From the NCBI GenBank assembly GCA_030141605.1, contig JAQGDQ010000795.1, positions 1 through 64,000 of the forward strand: a DNA stretch of 64,000 nucleotides. Reading direction: 5' to 3'. Positions 14,091-27,600 of this stretch are shown here, piece by piece. Every line of letters begins with the position of its first letter. Position 1 is the first letter of the stretch. The stretch comes from Tubiluchus corallicola. Taxonomy: Eukaryota > Animalia > Priapulida. The notes beneath the pieces are model-generated. The model saw only the letters and a program-made list of their open reading frames with translations, had not been told where the DNA came from and searched no databases. The position numbers were made by a program, and so were the translations under genes.

Positions 14091-15555
14091 AAAGATCTGG
14101 GTTTGGCAACAGAAAAAACTGCAAGCAAATTGACTGCTAGCAGGAGCTACTATCGGAATTTGAAAATACAAGATTTTCACAATTCCAGTACTAGTTTTTA
14201 GGCACAGAAGTTATAACATTAAATTTTTAGTATTTTCTGAACATTTTCCTGATGATTTGATAATAGAATATAAAAGCCTTTACATTCAGCACTTGGGTGA
14301 ACTTGCAGTTTATGTGGTTCTCCTCACACCCGACTACCTTCCCTACCACTTACCTCACACTCTACCTCCTCCTCCTTACTCCAACCTCCTCCCTCTTCCA
14401 CTCCATCACGAAGCCTCCAAGAACGCCAAGCTGTGTAACTCAACCTGCCAACTGACTAGCTTAGCTAACCAACTAATTAACAATCTTCGTACAGTCATCT
14501 TTTTTTCGTGACTGTACGAGCATGAAGCGCCATATTATCATGTGTTTCGATATTAAATATTTTATTGTATAAATTGCAACCCTGCTTTGCTGGTTGCACC
14601 GCGTTTCAAAAGAGAAACAAAAGTTACAAAACAACGCTGGTAGAGTACGCCACTTACTGGTACACACGTGCGCTGCAAACTGGCGCATGTTGAAAAATTC
14701 GGACGAAACTCTTTAACTTTTCAGTAAGTTTACACTTTGACTTTGATTCTTTTTTGGTGAAGTGCGGATACTTCCTAGGCTGCGCTGCACAGTAGGAGAT
14801 AAAAAATATCATCTCTGCTAACTTCCAAATGAAAATATTTCATAAAATCGCTCAATCTTAGACCGTTTTCGCGACCCTAACAGCTTCAAAATTATTTTTA
14901 TGTGAATAGGAGGTACGTTTCAGTTTTTCTTTACATCAGTGTGCGGATAAACGATGCAACTTCTATTGTAGTCCTGCTTTCAGCGATATTTCTGATTAGG
15001 CCGACGTGAGAGCGACTTAGAAAAGAACCTCCTAAACTGCAATCTACCCACCATTTGTTTTAACAAAAAACAATAAGCTGACATTTAATCCCGTTTTTCA
15101 TGTATTCTACTTGAACCATAATAACGCAATTTTAACTATGCCGATTAATAGACAGTTTTGGTTTGCAAGCACACAAATGTACAGATAATATAACATGACC
15201 TTTAGTACCTATCGTCAAACCTCGTTAATGTCAACGTCGTTTAGCACCAAAATTTTTGGCAAAGCAAAATGTCTATATTTGCACAGACTTTTACACGTCA
15301 ATGCAACTCGTCATAATGCCAAACTGCCGTTAGTGCCAATGCTGTTAGTTAAACAAGCGAAGGTAAATAAATGCTGTCTGCTTTTGTGTCTCAAATTCAC
15401 CCAATGCCATTTTCTCTGCTGTCCCTCAAAGTGGGCAATTTACAGAGATTTGACTGTAATCGATTTGACAGTTTGGAGTACCAAGTCGATGCATTCGATT
15501 AAGCAAATTTTGACTAATACCCAAGGTTATCTGATCTCGTATGTGTCTTCCTTTC

Positions 15556-15625
15556 TCAACTGATCGATAAACAGCAGCTTCTCATCGAAGTCGCTAATGT
15601 TGCAAAATTGGGCCTGTCTTCGGGT
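15556..15625 (-). CDS. SYK: SYK last coding exon
   Basis: [22 protein letters not shown]; acceptor CTATTTTCAG with a phase-2 join. Confidence 0.88.
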
Positions 15626-18600
15626 CTGAAAATAGAAATAGAAAATGGACAATTTTATTTACCTGTTACAGAGCTGCCAACAATTTGACGTAACACTAAG
15701 TGTGAAACGTAGAAATTCCAGGAGGTCGTCTCGCCGCTGACCGGGGTCCAGGAGGGCAAATTAGACCGCAGAAATTTTTGCTCTTTTGGGTGTCAAAATG
15801 AACTTATCGAAAAATAAAGGCAAAAAACAAAAACAATTAACGTAATTTAATATAATAATAATAATTAATTTGTATAGCCTCTAAATCAATAGACATATTG
15901 ATAATAATAATAATAATGGTAATGGTAATGAAAATAATGATGACGATGATATTTACTTTGCGTGGCATCTAAGTCTATAGACAGCACGAATGACAATATT
16001 CAAAGATGCTTCACAAAAATATTTAAAATCATCATGACAGACTTAAAAAAGGTTTACAAAATTAAACAGTAATCCTACTAAATATCATAAAACTACAAAC
16101 ACATAAAAACGCACAGATTCACAAAATACGTACATTCAACCACAAATAATTTTAAATGTGGTCGGCAGTAATATCTATAGCAGAAACACTACTTCCCTTT
16201 CTTAAAATATTTAAAGCAAAACCGGACCTAATCTTAAACTGTACATCAAAACAATCTACATTTTAAAATATTGAAAGGAAACATACTATTTTTTCAAACA
16301 TGACTTATGTGAAAGAATTATTACCACACAAACACAATTTCACGTTCGCGCCACTAGTTCTTCGCTGTTACATGAATTTTGGCATTCGCTAGTTAGTTAG
16401 ACGGGCACTAGCGTCTGTATTTCGGAAACGCATTGCACAAGAAACAGGTGCTGTACCTCTCGGTTCACATGTGTTAGTTTGTGATGAACTATACACGTTC
16501 GACAGCTCATGTGTGAGCACAGTGCTAAATTTGAAATTTTAACTTAAGACTTGTCTAGTTTTTGTACAACACACTGAGTATGTTACAGTAGCACTGTACT
16601 TCAATTTTCACTTTCACAAACACGTACAACATGCTAGTGCAATATTTGTGCTGAAAATTATGTTTGTTTGTGATGTCATCAATAGTTGCATTCACTGCCC
16701 GTTATTCAAATTTTTAGTCTATTATTTAATTATCAGAATTGCTCCTGCAGTATTAATCGTGTTAAAATGTATACTTTTTTATCGGACTTGAAAATGGGGG
16801 AGTATACGAAAAATCATCCCGTCTTCCTGTAACTACTCCAGCTTCAATGCAAACTGCAGGGCAGCAAAGAGGTTAATGCTAACGTTTCTCATGAGCGAAG
16901 AAACACAAATTGTGATGCTAACGACCTCGAAAAATAGCATGTTATGCAATCAAATTTTTTATGACGACAGACTCCAAACAACTCACATATAAAATTATAT
17001 AACCGGGGATTAGGTCTATAGTCTCTCTAAGCAGAAAGTCTTGTAAAATAATCCTGCTAAAATAATAATAACAATAAAATCGTACTTGTATTATTAGTAA
17101 ACCGTCGTTAAAATGAAACATGCGACGTTAAGTGAAAAATGTGTCGAAAGTTAGTCGTTAAAACAGAATGATGCTAAGCAGAGCGTTGTTAAGCGAGAAT
17201 TTACTATACTTGCATTGTTATTAAATCGTCGTTAAAATGAAACAAGCGACGTTGAGTGAAAAATGTGTGGAAAGTTGTTGTTAAAATGAAATGTCGCTAA
17301 GCGGAACATCGTTAAGCGAGAATTTACTATACTTGCGTTGTTATTAAATCGTCTTTAAAATGAAACATACGAGTAAAAAATGTGGGAAGTTGGAGTCGTT
17401 AAAATGAAATGTTGCTAAGCGAAACGTCGCTAAGCGGAACATCGTCGTTAAGTGAGAACTTATTGTACTTACGTATATGCCCAGCACTGAAGCATGACGT
17501 CGTATACGTGAGTTGGACAGTTGAGAGGCTTTTCGAGTCGTTCTCCAGCTTGCAACATGGCCAGAAATTCATTTGCGTCTTTATTCTGAAATAACAGTGG
17601 CAATTACATGCATGCCATGATACCATGTCTGTGTGGTATCTCTAACATAATGAAATGCACAACACTAAAGCATGTAGAATCCTATACTGGCTGTTGTGTT
17701 CAGTGTAGTCTCGTGTATCGGTACTGTGGTACTGCAGCACCCTCTGTCTTCACTCATTATTATCGATAATATTTAATATAATAAATATTTTTTCTTTAGT
17801 TCTTTCTTCGGCACGTGAGAGTAGTACTGTTTGTGTCACAGTCGAGCACAGCGATGTGTTTAGCTGTTGTGTGCACGCGCCCATGCGCACAAGTCTGAGA
17901 CAAGACGCTGTACTTTAAGTAGCAAGAGGACTGGTGCTCACTGCAGTACGTGTTTTCGGTTGTCACGTGTTTAAAAGCCGTGTGCCGGCATATTCTTGAA
18001 CTGTGACAATTTAGGCAATTCGTAAGAAAATAATATTTTTTGTTTATGAGTTTATCAAGGTTATGCTTAAATTAGTTTGTTTAAAATCACAATTACAGCA
18101 TAATTAAATATGTTTGTTTCGTTTTACACAGTATTAAAACTATGGCTAAAAATTTTTGATTTTGCAGCACCCCACTAATTTTAGTTATGAGACTGCTACT
18201 GACTGCGTTACATGCTAGCATTTTGAATATTTCTACTAAATACTTGCTTACACCAAGGACAAGACTAATGTTCAAATGAGCCAATGCACTACTCTATCCA
18301 GTGCCGGATCAAGGCGTGGGTTTTAAGGGTTGCAGCCCAAGAGCCTCCGCTAGCTAAGGGGCCTTCACTAAATAGCTGAAACTAAGTTACTGTGAAAAGT
18401 TACTATAAAATTGTTGTGGAGATCGCTGGCATCTATTAGAATTAAATAGAACATTGTAGAATGTTCCGTTACAATAATCGTCTTACCTTGTAGAATGTTC
18501 TAGAAAGACTCGTCTAGAATGTTCCCAGGCACCTCATATAAGACGAACCTGACGGACACACACAGATTCGCACAGACGTACACTTACACATTCTCTTGTA

Positions 18601-21600
18601 TACTTGCATTTTCAGATGCACTTAAACGTTTTCCAGATTTTCACGTTTACTGTAAAGATTTCGCGTTCCTTCATACTCTTGTGTTGTAGAATTCTCGCTT
18701 AATAAACTAGTTTAATTTGACGACGTGTTTTCTGGTTTTCTCTACGAGCCTTCCGAGAGAAACGAAACACAACACAAATGAGAGTAGAAGTATGCTGAAT
18801 TATCTCTTTAAAAAGGCTTAATTAATTAATATACTGTATAATAAGGATACATACAAGGATAAAGACAACCAAAAGAATAATATTAGCCTATTTCCATTGT
18901 GACCATCTTATGTATTTATGGCAGTAAAAGATACAATTATATTTTTCAAAATTCTGTCATACTAAAGAGAAATGTTTCTCGTTATAGATAAATGGTTAAA
19001 ATTATATTTGTCAAAATATGTAATGTTGCTATTAAAGAAAAATGATTTCAGTTACTTTATAAATACATAGATTTATAGCAGCTTCAAACAGTCTCCTTAA
19101 AAATAGAGTAGACTTGAAGCCAAAGTGTATCAGAGTGTTGTGTCTGGATAGTTGAAATTTTCTACATTAGCCGATTTCACACAACTGATGCTGTAATTGC
19201 AAACTTGTTGCAGTGCAAATACTGCAGTTGATGAAGGCTTTCTTGATTTTTTGGTCAAAAATTTATATTTAATTTGTCTAAGGCAGTGGTTCCCAAACTT
19301 TCTCGGACCGTTACCCAAATCGGGAAACCCAGTCTTGTCCATTACCCCCACCTAGTACTACTTCTCCAACTCAAAAAGTAAACACACGTATATGCCACAA
19401 GCAAGCAAAATTATTTATGTTTGCTCGTGACATAAATAAATTTCCAGGTGTTGTTGTTGTATTGTTGCCAAAACAAGTATTACCGGAGGCAGTCTCTTCA
19501 AGAAGAAAACTACGTAAAATGCATTCCGAGCGAAGTTTTAAAAATTTTTAGAGGGGTGCCCGTTACCCCCCAAAAAAACCATATTACCCCCGGGGGGTAA
19601 TTTACCCCTAGTTTGGGAACCACTGGTCTAAGGTAAGCAAGTGTATTTCATAAGTAATTTTGCATGAAACGCAATTGTGTGAGAAGTAGAAAGTTAGAAA
19701 ATTATCAAAAGTAACGTAATCGCTGCTTTAATTTAGAAGTCTGAGCAGGTCTGATTTAAGGTTTGTAATCAAAGCATTTGACCTTTTGGTTTCACAAGGG
19801 TTTGCATTTTACTTTTCTCCACGCTACTGCTACCACATTTCTCATGGAAACCATCCATTTAGGTGACAGGGTTTGCAATTTCTTGTCGACAGTAACTCAT
19901 AAAGCAGTTCACACTAGACAGAAAATCAACTCGCAGCAAGTGTGAGAGGGTTTGCAATTTCTTGTCGACAGTAACTCATAAAGCAGTTCACACTAGACAG
20001 AAAATCAATTCGCAGCAAGTGTGAGAGGGTTGCAATTTCTTGTCGACAGTAACTCATAAAGCAGTTCACACTAGACAGTAAATCAATTCGCAGCAAGTGT
20101 GAGAGGGTTGCAATTTCTTGTCGACAGTAACTCATAAAGCAGTTCACACTAGACAGTAAATCAATTCGCAGCAAGTGTGAGAGGGTTTGCAATTTCTTGT
20201 CGACAGTAACTCATAAAGCAGTTCACACTAGACAGTAAATCAATTCGCAGCAAGTGTGAGAGGGTTTGGAATTTCTTGTCGACAGTAACTCATAAAGCAG
20301 TTCACACTAGACAGTAAATCAATTCGCAGCAAGTGTGAGAGGGTTTGGAATTTCTTGTCGACAGTAACTCATAAAGCAGTTCACACTAGACAGTAAATCA
20401 ATTCGCAGCAAGTGTGAGAGGGTTGCAATTTCTTGTCGACAGTAACTCATAAAGCAGTTCACACTAGACAGTAAATCAACTCGCAGCAAGTGTGAGAGGG
20501 TTGCAATTTCTTGTCGACGGTAACTCATAAAGCAGTTCACACTAGACAGTAAATCAACTCGCAGCAAGTGTGAGAGGGATTGCAATTTCTTGTCGACAGT
20601 AACTCATAAAGCAGTTCACACTAGACAGTAAATCAACTCGCAGCAAGTGTGAGAGGGTTTGCAATTTCTTGTCAACAGTAACTCATAAAGCAGTTCACAC
20701 TAGACAGTAAATCAACTCGCAAGTGTGAGAGGGTTTGCAATTTCTTGTCAACAGTAACTCATAAAGCAGTTCACACTAGACAGAAAAACAATTCGCAGCA
20801 AGTGTGAGAGGGTTTGCAATTTCTTGTCGACAGTAACTCATAAAGCAGTTCACACTAGACAGTAAATCAATTCGCAGCAAGTGTGAGAGGGTTTGCAATT
20901 TCTTGTCAACGGTAACTCATAAAGCAGTTCACACTTGACAGTAAATCAACTCGCAGCAAGTGTGAGAGGGTTTGCAATTTCTTGTCGACGGTAACTCATA
21001 AAGCAGTTCACACTAGACAGTAAATCAACTCGCAGCAAGTGTGAGAGGGTTTGCAATTTCTTGTCGACAGTAACTCATAAAGCAGTTCACACTAGACAGT
21101 AAATCAATTCGCAGCAAGTGTGAGAGGGTTGCAATTTCTTGTCGACGGTAACTCATAAAGCAGTTCACACTAGACAGTAAATCAACTCGCAGCAAGTGTG
21201 AGAGGGTTTGCAATTTCTTGTCGACGGTAACTCATAAAGCAGTTCACACTAGACAGTAAATGAACTCGCAGCAAGTGTGAGAGGGATTGCAATTTCTTGT
21301 CGACGGTAACTCATAAAGCAGTTCACACTAGACAGTAAATCAATTCGCAGCAAGTGTGAGAGGGTTGCAATTTCTTGTCGACGGTAACTCATAAAGCAGT
21401 TCACACTAGACAGTAAATCAACTCGCAGCAAGTGTGAGAGGGTTTGCAATTTCTTGTCGACAGTAACTCATAAAGCAGTTCACACTAGACAGAAAATCAA
21501 TTCGCAGCAAGTGTGAGAGGGTTTGCAATTTCTTGTCGACAGTAACTCATAAAGCAGTTCACACTAGACAGTAAATCAACTCACAGCAAGTGTGAGAGGG

Positions 21601-24600
21601 TTTGCAATTTCTTGTCGACTGTAACTCATAAAGCAGTTCACACTAGACAGTAAATCAACTCGCAGCAAGTGTGAGAGGGTTTGCAATTTCTTGTCAACAG
21701 TAACTCATAAAGCAGTTCACACTAGACAGTAAATCAACTCGCAAGTGTGAGAGGGTTTGCAATTTCTTGTCGACAGTAACTCATAAAGCAGTTCACACTA
21801 GACAGAAAAACAATTCGCAGCAAGTGTGAGAGGGTTTGCAATTTCTTGTCGACAGTAACTCATAAAGCAGTTCACACTAGACAGAAAATCAATTCGCAGC
21901 AAGTGTGAGAGGGTTTGCAATTTCTTGTCGACAGTAACTCATAAAGCAGTTCACACTAGACAGTAAATCAATTCGCAGCAAGTGTGAGAGGGATTGCAAT
22001 TTCTTGTCGACAGTAACTCATACAGCAGTTCACACTAGACAGTAAATCAATTCGCAGCAAGTGTGAGAGGGTTTGCAATTTCTTGTCGACAGTAACTCAT
22101 AAAGCAGTTCACACTAGACAGTAAATCAATTCGCAGCAAGTGTGAGAGGGTTTGCAATTTCTTGTCGACAGTAACTCATAAAGCAGTTCACACTTGACAG
22201 TAAATCAACTCATAGCAAGTGTGAGAGGGTTTGCAATTTCTTGTCGACGGTAACTCATAAAGCAGTTCACACTAGACAGTAAATCAACTCGCAGCAAGTG
22301 TGAGAGGGTTTGCAATTTCTTGTCAACAGTAACTCATAAAGCCGTTAACACTAGACAGTAAATCAACTCGCAAGTGTGAGAGGGTTGCAATTTCTTGTCA
22401 ACAGCAACTCATAAAGCAGTTCACACTAGACAGTAAATCAACTCGCAGCAAGTGTGAGAGGGCTGCAATTTCTTGTCGACGGTAACTCAAAGCAGTTCAC
22501 ACTAGACAGTAAATCAACTCGCAGCAAGTGTGAGAGGGTTTGCAATTTCTTGTCGACAGTAACTCAAAGCAGTTCACACTTGCGAGTTTGCTGTCACTAG
22601 TTTGAACATGTTGTTAGTTTCTGCATCCACATTGTGACTTACCAAGTACGGTTTCGACCCGTATGACAGACATTCCCAGCACGTAATTCCGTAGCTCCAC
22701 ACGTCAGAACTTGAATTGAACTTGTGGTAGAAGATGCACTCAGGAGCGTACCATTTCAGCGGCCACGCTCCGTAGCACTGAGCCTTAAACATAACCAAAT
22801 ATAGATAAAATGCAAAGCTTCAAAGGAAATTAATTTCTGTTCTCGAGTAGTTACCTTTAAAATGGTTTATTTTTCAATACGAAAAAGAAAAGTATGTAAA
22901 ATTACTAGTCTTTGTTTTTTACAAGTCAGTGAATTAGTAGTACAGCAGGTGTATATTAAACATACACTAGCAAAGGCCCCGCAAAAAATTTTGCGAATAA
23001 ATACACTTATATATAATCAATAATGCACAAACATCCTACATATTCCTCATTTATAATGCAAAGCCAGTAGCAGCTTTTACTGAATTGAAGTTATAGGCAG
23101 AGTATAATGGATGATGTCATAACAATGGCTTTGCGTCAGCAGTTTTGCAAGCGAAAATTGCCGAAAATAGAACATCTAATTAACTCGTCGGTACTCCTCT
23201 TGGTGGATGTGTCCTAAAATATAGCCCACATCATTGTGTAGCCCTGTTCTTCCTCTTTCTAAAGAGCTATATATCTCCTTTTGAGAGTCCCACCAGGCGC
23301 CGCTAGAACATGTTTTTGCAGGCTGTTTGGTCAAAATTTCGAAAAAATCGTGAGTTGGATCCGGTGAAATGCCCGTTGCAGGACGCCGTGGCCCTCTCGC
23401 AAATTCTAAATATGCCTATGACACCCACTGCTGAATGGGCTATCTATCCATAGCCAGCACCACCCATGGCCCGTTCCCATTCTCCATATCTCAGATGCAT
23501 AACTTTTACAAAAAACATCCGTCCAGAGAATAGCCATTTTTGGAGGTTTTTCGCCCCCCACCCCCGTTCGTCCCAGTGGGCCGATTCGAAAAATAAACCC
23601 CCAATGGCACGACACTAGATCGAGACCTTTCGTATGATATACAGATCACCACAAGTGGTGCCGCCGTCCGAGCTGTAGCCTCGAATATTATATACATATA
23701 TAAATATATATATATATAACATACCAGTAGAATTAATATATACGATAGACAGCAGTGTATATTAGTAAAAATTTTATAGGATGTCCGAAAGACAGTGTTT
23801 CAATCGGGTGCCCGGGTAATTACCTGTATTGTTTATTACCCAAGCCTAATATTTCTCCCCGGTTCCAATAATGAAAATGCTGACATTTGTAATACGATGT
23901 CCATTGCTAAGCCACGACTCCATGTGCTTGTAATGCATAATGCATGAACTGTGATACATAATCCGTGATGTGCATTAACTGTTCCCATGTGTCCGTAAGC
24001 GCTACGCATATTAACAAAGCTCCAGATGCTCTTTCTGACTTGAGAAAATCACTATTAAAGCCGGTCATTGTTTTTTGTCGCATTTCTGCACACATTTAGC
24101 AACTGTATGAAAGGCTGGTCGCTATGGACTTTGCAAGAACACATCAAAGTTATGTTTAAATCCAGTAGATGGCTCTTGCTGATGAAGTTCTGGGTTTGGC
24201 AACACAAAAACCCGAAGCAAAATGACTGCTTCCACGAGCTACTTACAACTGCAGTTGATAGAGGGTTATAAAATTAGATTTTCAGTACTTTTTGACTTGA
24301 TATTTTGATGCAAAAATATAAAAACCAATATATTTAGCATTTGCTTTTATAAAAAAAAAACTGACATTTGACCGAAATGTTTTGTGCTTTCTAAAGCGTA
24401 GTTATAACTGTAACGACATATGGACGGTTTTAGTTTGCAAGCACACACGTCTATGAAAAAACATTAGTGACACAAAAGCCCTCGTACCTTGTAGTAATCA
24501 TTGTTGGCACCGATCATGCGGGACATTCCGAAATCTGAGATTTTGGCATAATTCTGATTTACCAGAAGAACATTTCTTCCAGCCAAATCTCGATGCACGA

Positions 24601-27600
24601 ACCGTTTCTCCTCCAGGTAGGCCATGGCTTCGGCGACTTGTACCAGTAATTCCATTATGTTTTTGATCGAAACGTGCCTGCCAAAAATCCAAAAAAATGG
24701 AGTAAAATGGAAAGATATTGCAGGTAAGGTCGTCCGAACCAAGAGACTTTGGCTAAAGAGGAGATTGGGCACAGCGAAACATAGAAATGAGTTACATATA
24801 AGGCTAATTGTAAATGGAACTTCTTTCAGTAAAAGAGATCAAATGATGATGATGATGATAAATATTTATTTGCACAACATATACATGCAAGGCCTCTATT
24901 TGCAGGCTGATAATTCTACACAGAATCGTGATATATATTCTAATATCACGATTCTGTGTAGAATTATCAGCCTGCAAATAGAGGCCTTGCATGAATATGT
25001 TGTGCAAATAAAGATTTATCATCATCATCATCATTTGCATGTATATATAAATATGTATATGTATATATATCTATATATATATGTGTATGCATGTGTAAAT
25101 ATATATATGTGTGTGTATGTATATGTATATATATGTGTGTATGTATATGTGTATATATGTATGTATATATGTATGTATGTATATATATATATATATATGT
25201 ACAACACGGTCAATTATAATTATATTCTTAATACATGCACCATAAAGCAGCTTATAAAACATTTTAACAAATATTTATAATAATTAAGGTCCATAATAAC
25301 AGAATTAAATCACTGGGATTATTTAGATTACACTATTAGGAAAGTATTAAAAATGACAAGCTTTTCTACACACTTTACTTACAAATATATAAGAACAAAG
25401 ACTTTTGCTCAAATTCACGATAAAACCAGGATAAATTTTCCCTGAGTTATACATGTGTTTTATGCATTTAACCCTTTCACACCCCTTTACAAAATCATAA
25501 TAAAAGACCAGAGTAAAGTTTGGCATAGAACGTTTTCGATAAACTGCATCAAATGTCTTAGTTTCGTTTCGTTGGTGAATAAATACTTCAGCAAACGTCT
25601 CCAATCTGCTTTTCAAGGACTTGTTCCTACATGTTGAAGCTGTCGCCTGCTGACCAAATGTGGCTTCTTTCCAAACACTTGTATCACATTAGTACCTGTG
25701 TTCATTTATCAATTCATCGTCCATTTCTACAAGTTCAAAAGCACGGCTCACCTGTTTCGTCTGAGGTAGATGTTAAGAGGTCCGAGAGGAGCCAGCTCCA
25801 AAATTAACATGATGGAGTCAGTCTCTTCAATGTATCCTGAAAAGCGGTTTGTAAAATTATTTCGTGTTTCTAACTTGTGTGCTTGAACAGCAAAAACATC
25901 CATTAGTCGGCACTTAAGCTTTTCTAATTATTCACGTATCCTGAATCTCCATTTCATGAGGATCATTTTGATACCAAGCTCATCATTCTATGTTATTTCT
26001 AAGCTGAGATAACTCACATTGAAGTTGAGGTGCAGGCTGCACACTGAAAAACATAATCTTGAGAAAATCACTGTTAAAGTCAGCCATTGTATTTGTCGCG
26101 TTTCTACAAAACACTTAGCAACCTCACAAATGTTGTTTTTATGGACTTTGCAAGAGCACATTGAAGTTACAGTTAAATCCAGCAGATGGCTCTTCCTTAC
26201 GAAGATCTGGGCTTGGCAGCAGAAAAAACCCGAAGCAAAATGACTGCTTCCACAAGCTACACTCGGAGTGTGAAAATATAAGTTTTTTGCAATTGCAGTA
26301 CTAGTTTCTTGCATGAAAAATGGGCACGGGGTTATAAAATTAGATGTTTGGTATTTTTTATCATTTTCATGATAATTTGTTGTCAGAATACAATAATCCA
26401 ACATATTTAGCATTTGCTTTTATGATAAACAAAAAAATTGACATTTCACCCAATTTTTGGTGCATTCTACTTGAAGCACCAAATTATGCAAAACAAGGCA
26501 TCATTGATAAATCTTTAGAGCTGATGTCAACATCACACAATCTACTATCTTTCTTCTTACCATTTCCACTAACACATCCTTCTACCCTTCCTGTGTGATC
26601 TAACCTTTTTCCCTGTTCTTTTTTTTGTTCACTGATCCATTCCTTTCTTATCGGGTTCACATGACAGTGGGCTTACACAAACCTTTACTTCTCTAGCCCA
26701 CTGCAGTACAATTATTCTTTTATGATAACAATAGTGTATGACACATAACAATTTAATACAGTAGATGTAACAATTTTGATGTCACTGTGTGCTTAATGTC
26801 ATTATATTGTACTGAATGTGATAATAATAATAATAAATAAATAAAATAACTATGCCAGGTTATGGATGGTTTTGGTTTGCAAGCTCACAATTTTTAAAAA
26901 CTTTTTATTTCATGTGATTCGTTTGGACAATTTCAGTGGCAGTTTAAGACAAGCGCTTTCAAAGAATTCTCTCATTAGAAAATGTTAACTGAAATTTCTA
27001 ACACGAGTTGCAAACAAAAAATCAAAACAATCATAAACAAGCAAACAAACCAATGCTAAAAACAGTCGAATGGTCACGGCGTGTGCTCGGTCACCAAAGC
27101 TAAAAATATATTTGCTTACTGACGATTTACAATTCATAAAATTACAATTACAAGTTACAAAACATTACATAAACAATGCAATACATTACAATGAAAAAAA
27201 CTACACAGACAGAGCCTACAACACGGTCAAAAAATTACAACACAGAAATTATATGAACATATATGAACTTATAAGAATACATATTCTTAATTTCTGCTGC
27301 AATGGGAAGTAAATGGAAGGATGACCTGATTTCGTCCACCATACTGACTCTGGCTGTTTACATCGTTAGGGAATGATACATCCGAATGTAGCAAAGACGC
27401 CTCGGCCAGTGCAGTAGCTCATCTTAGACCAACAATAAAAATCTAATCGCCCGGGTAATATTTTTTATCGTCGGGAATTTTATAATTTTTTCTGTACGTT
27501 CACATACTGACTTGATGCAGTCAAAAAAGTGTATTTTTTTAATTTAAAAAGCAATCATCATTATCACATGGTTCTTTTGGGAAATGCAGGACACGGCCAT

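Noticed and set aside
15556-15580. C-terminal CaaX prenylation motif
   Set aside because: The last four residues are LSIS, so the cysteine is at position -5.
19868-22580. CRISPR-like regular array
   Set aside because: The units are contiguous with no unique spacers, there are no cas genes, and the context is a eukaryotic intron. The same applies to the other arrays.
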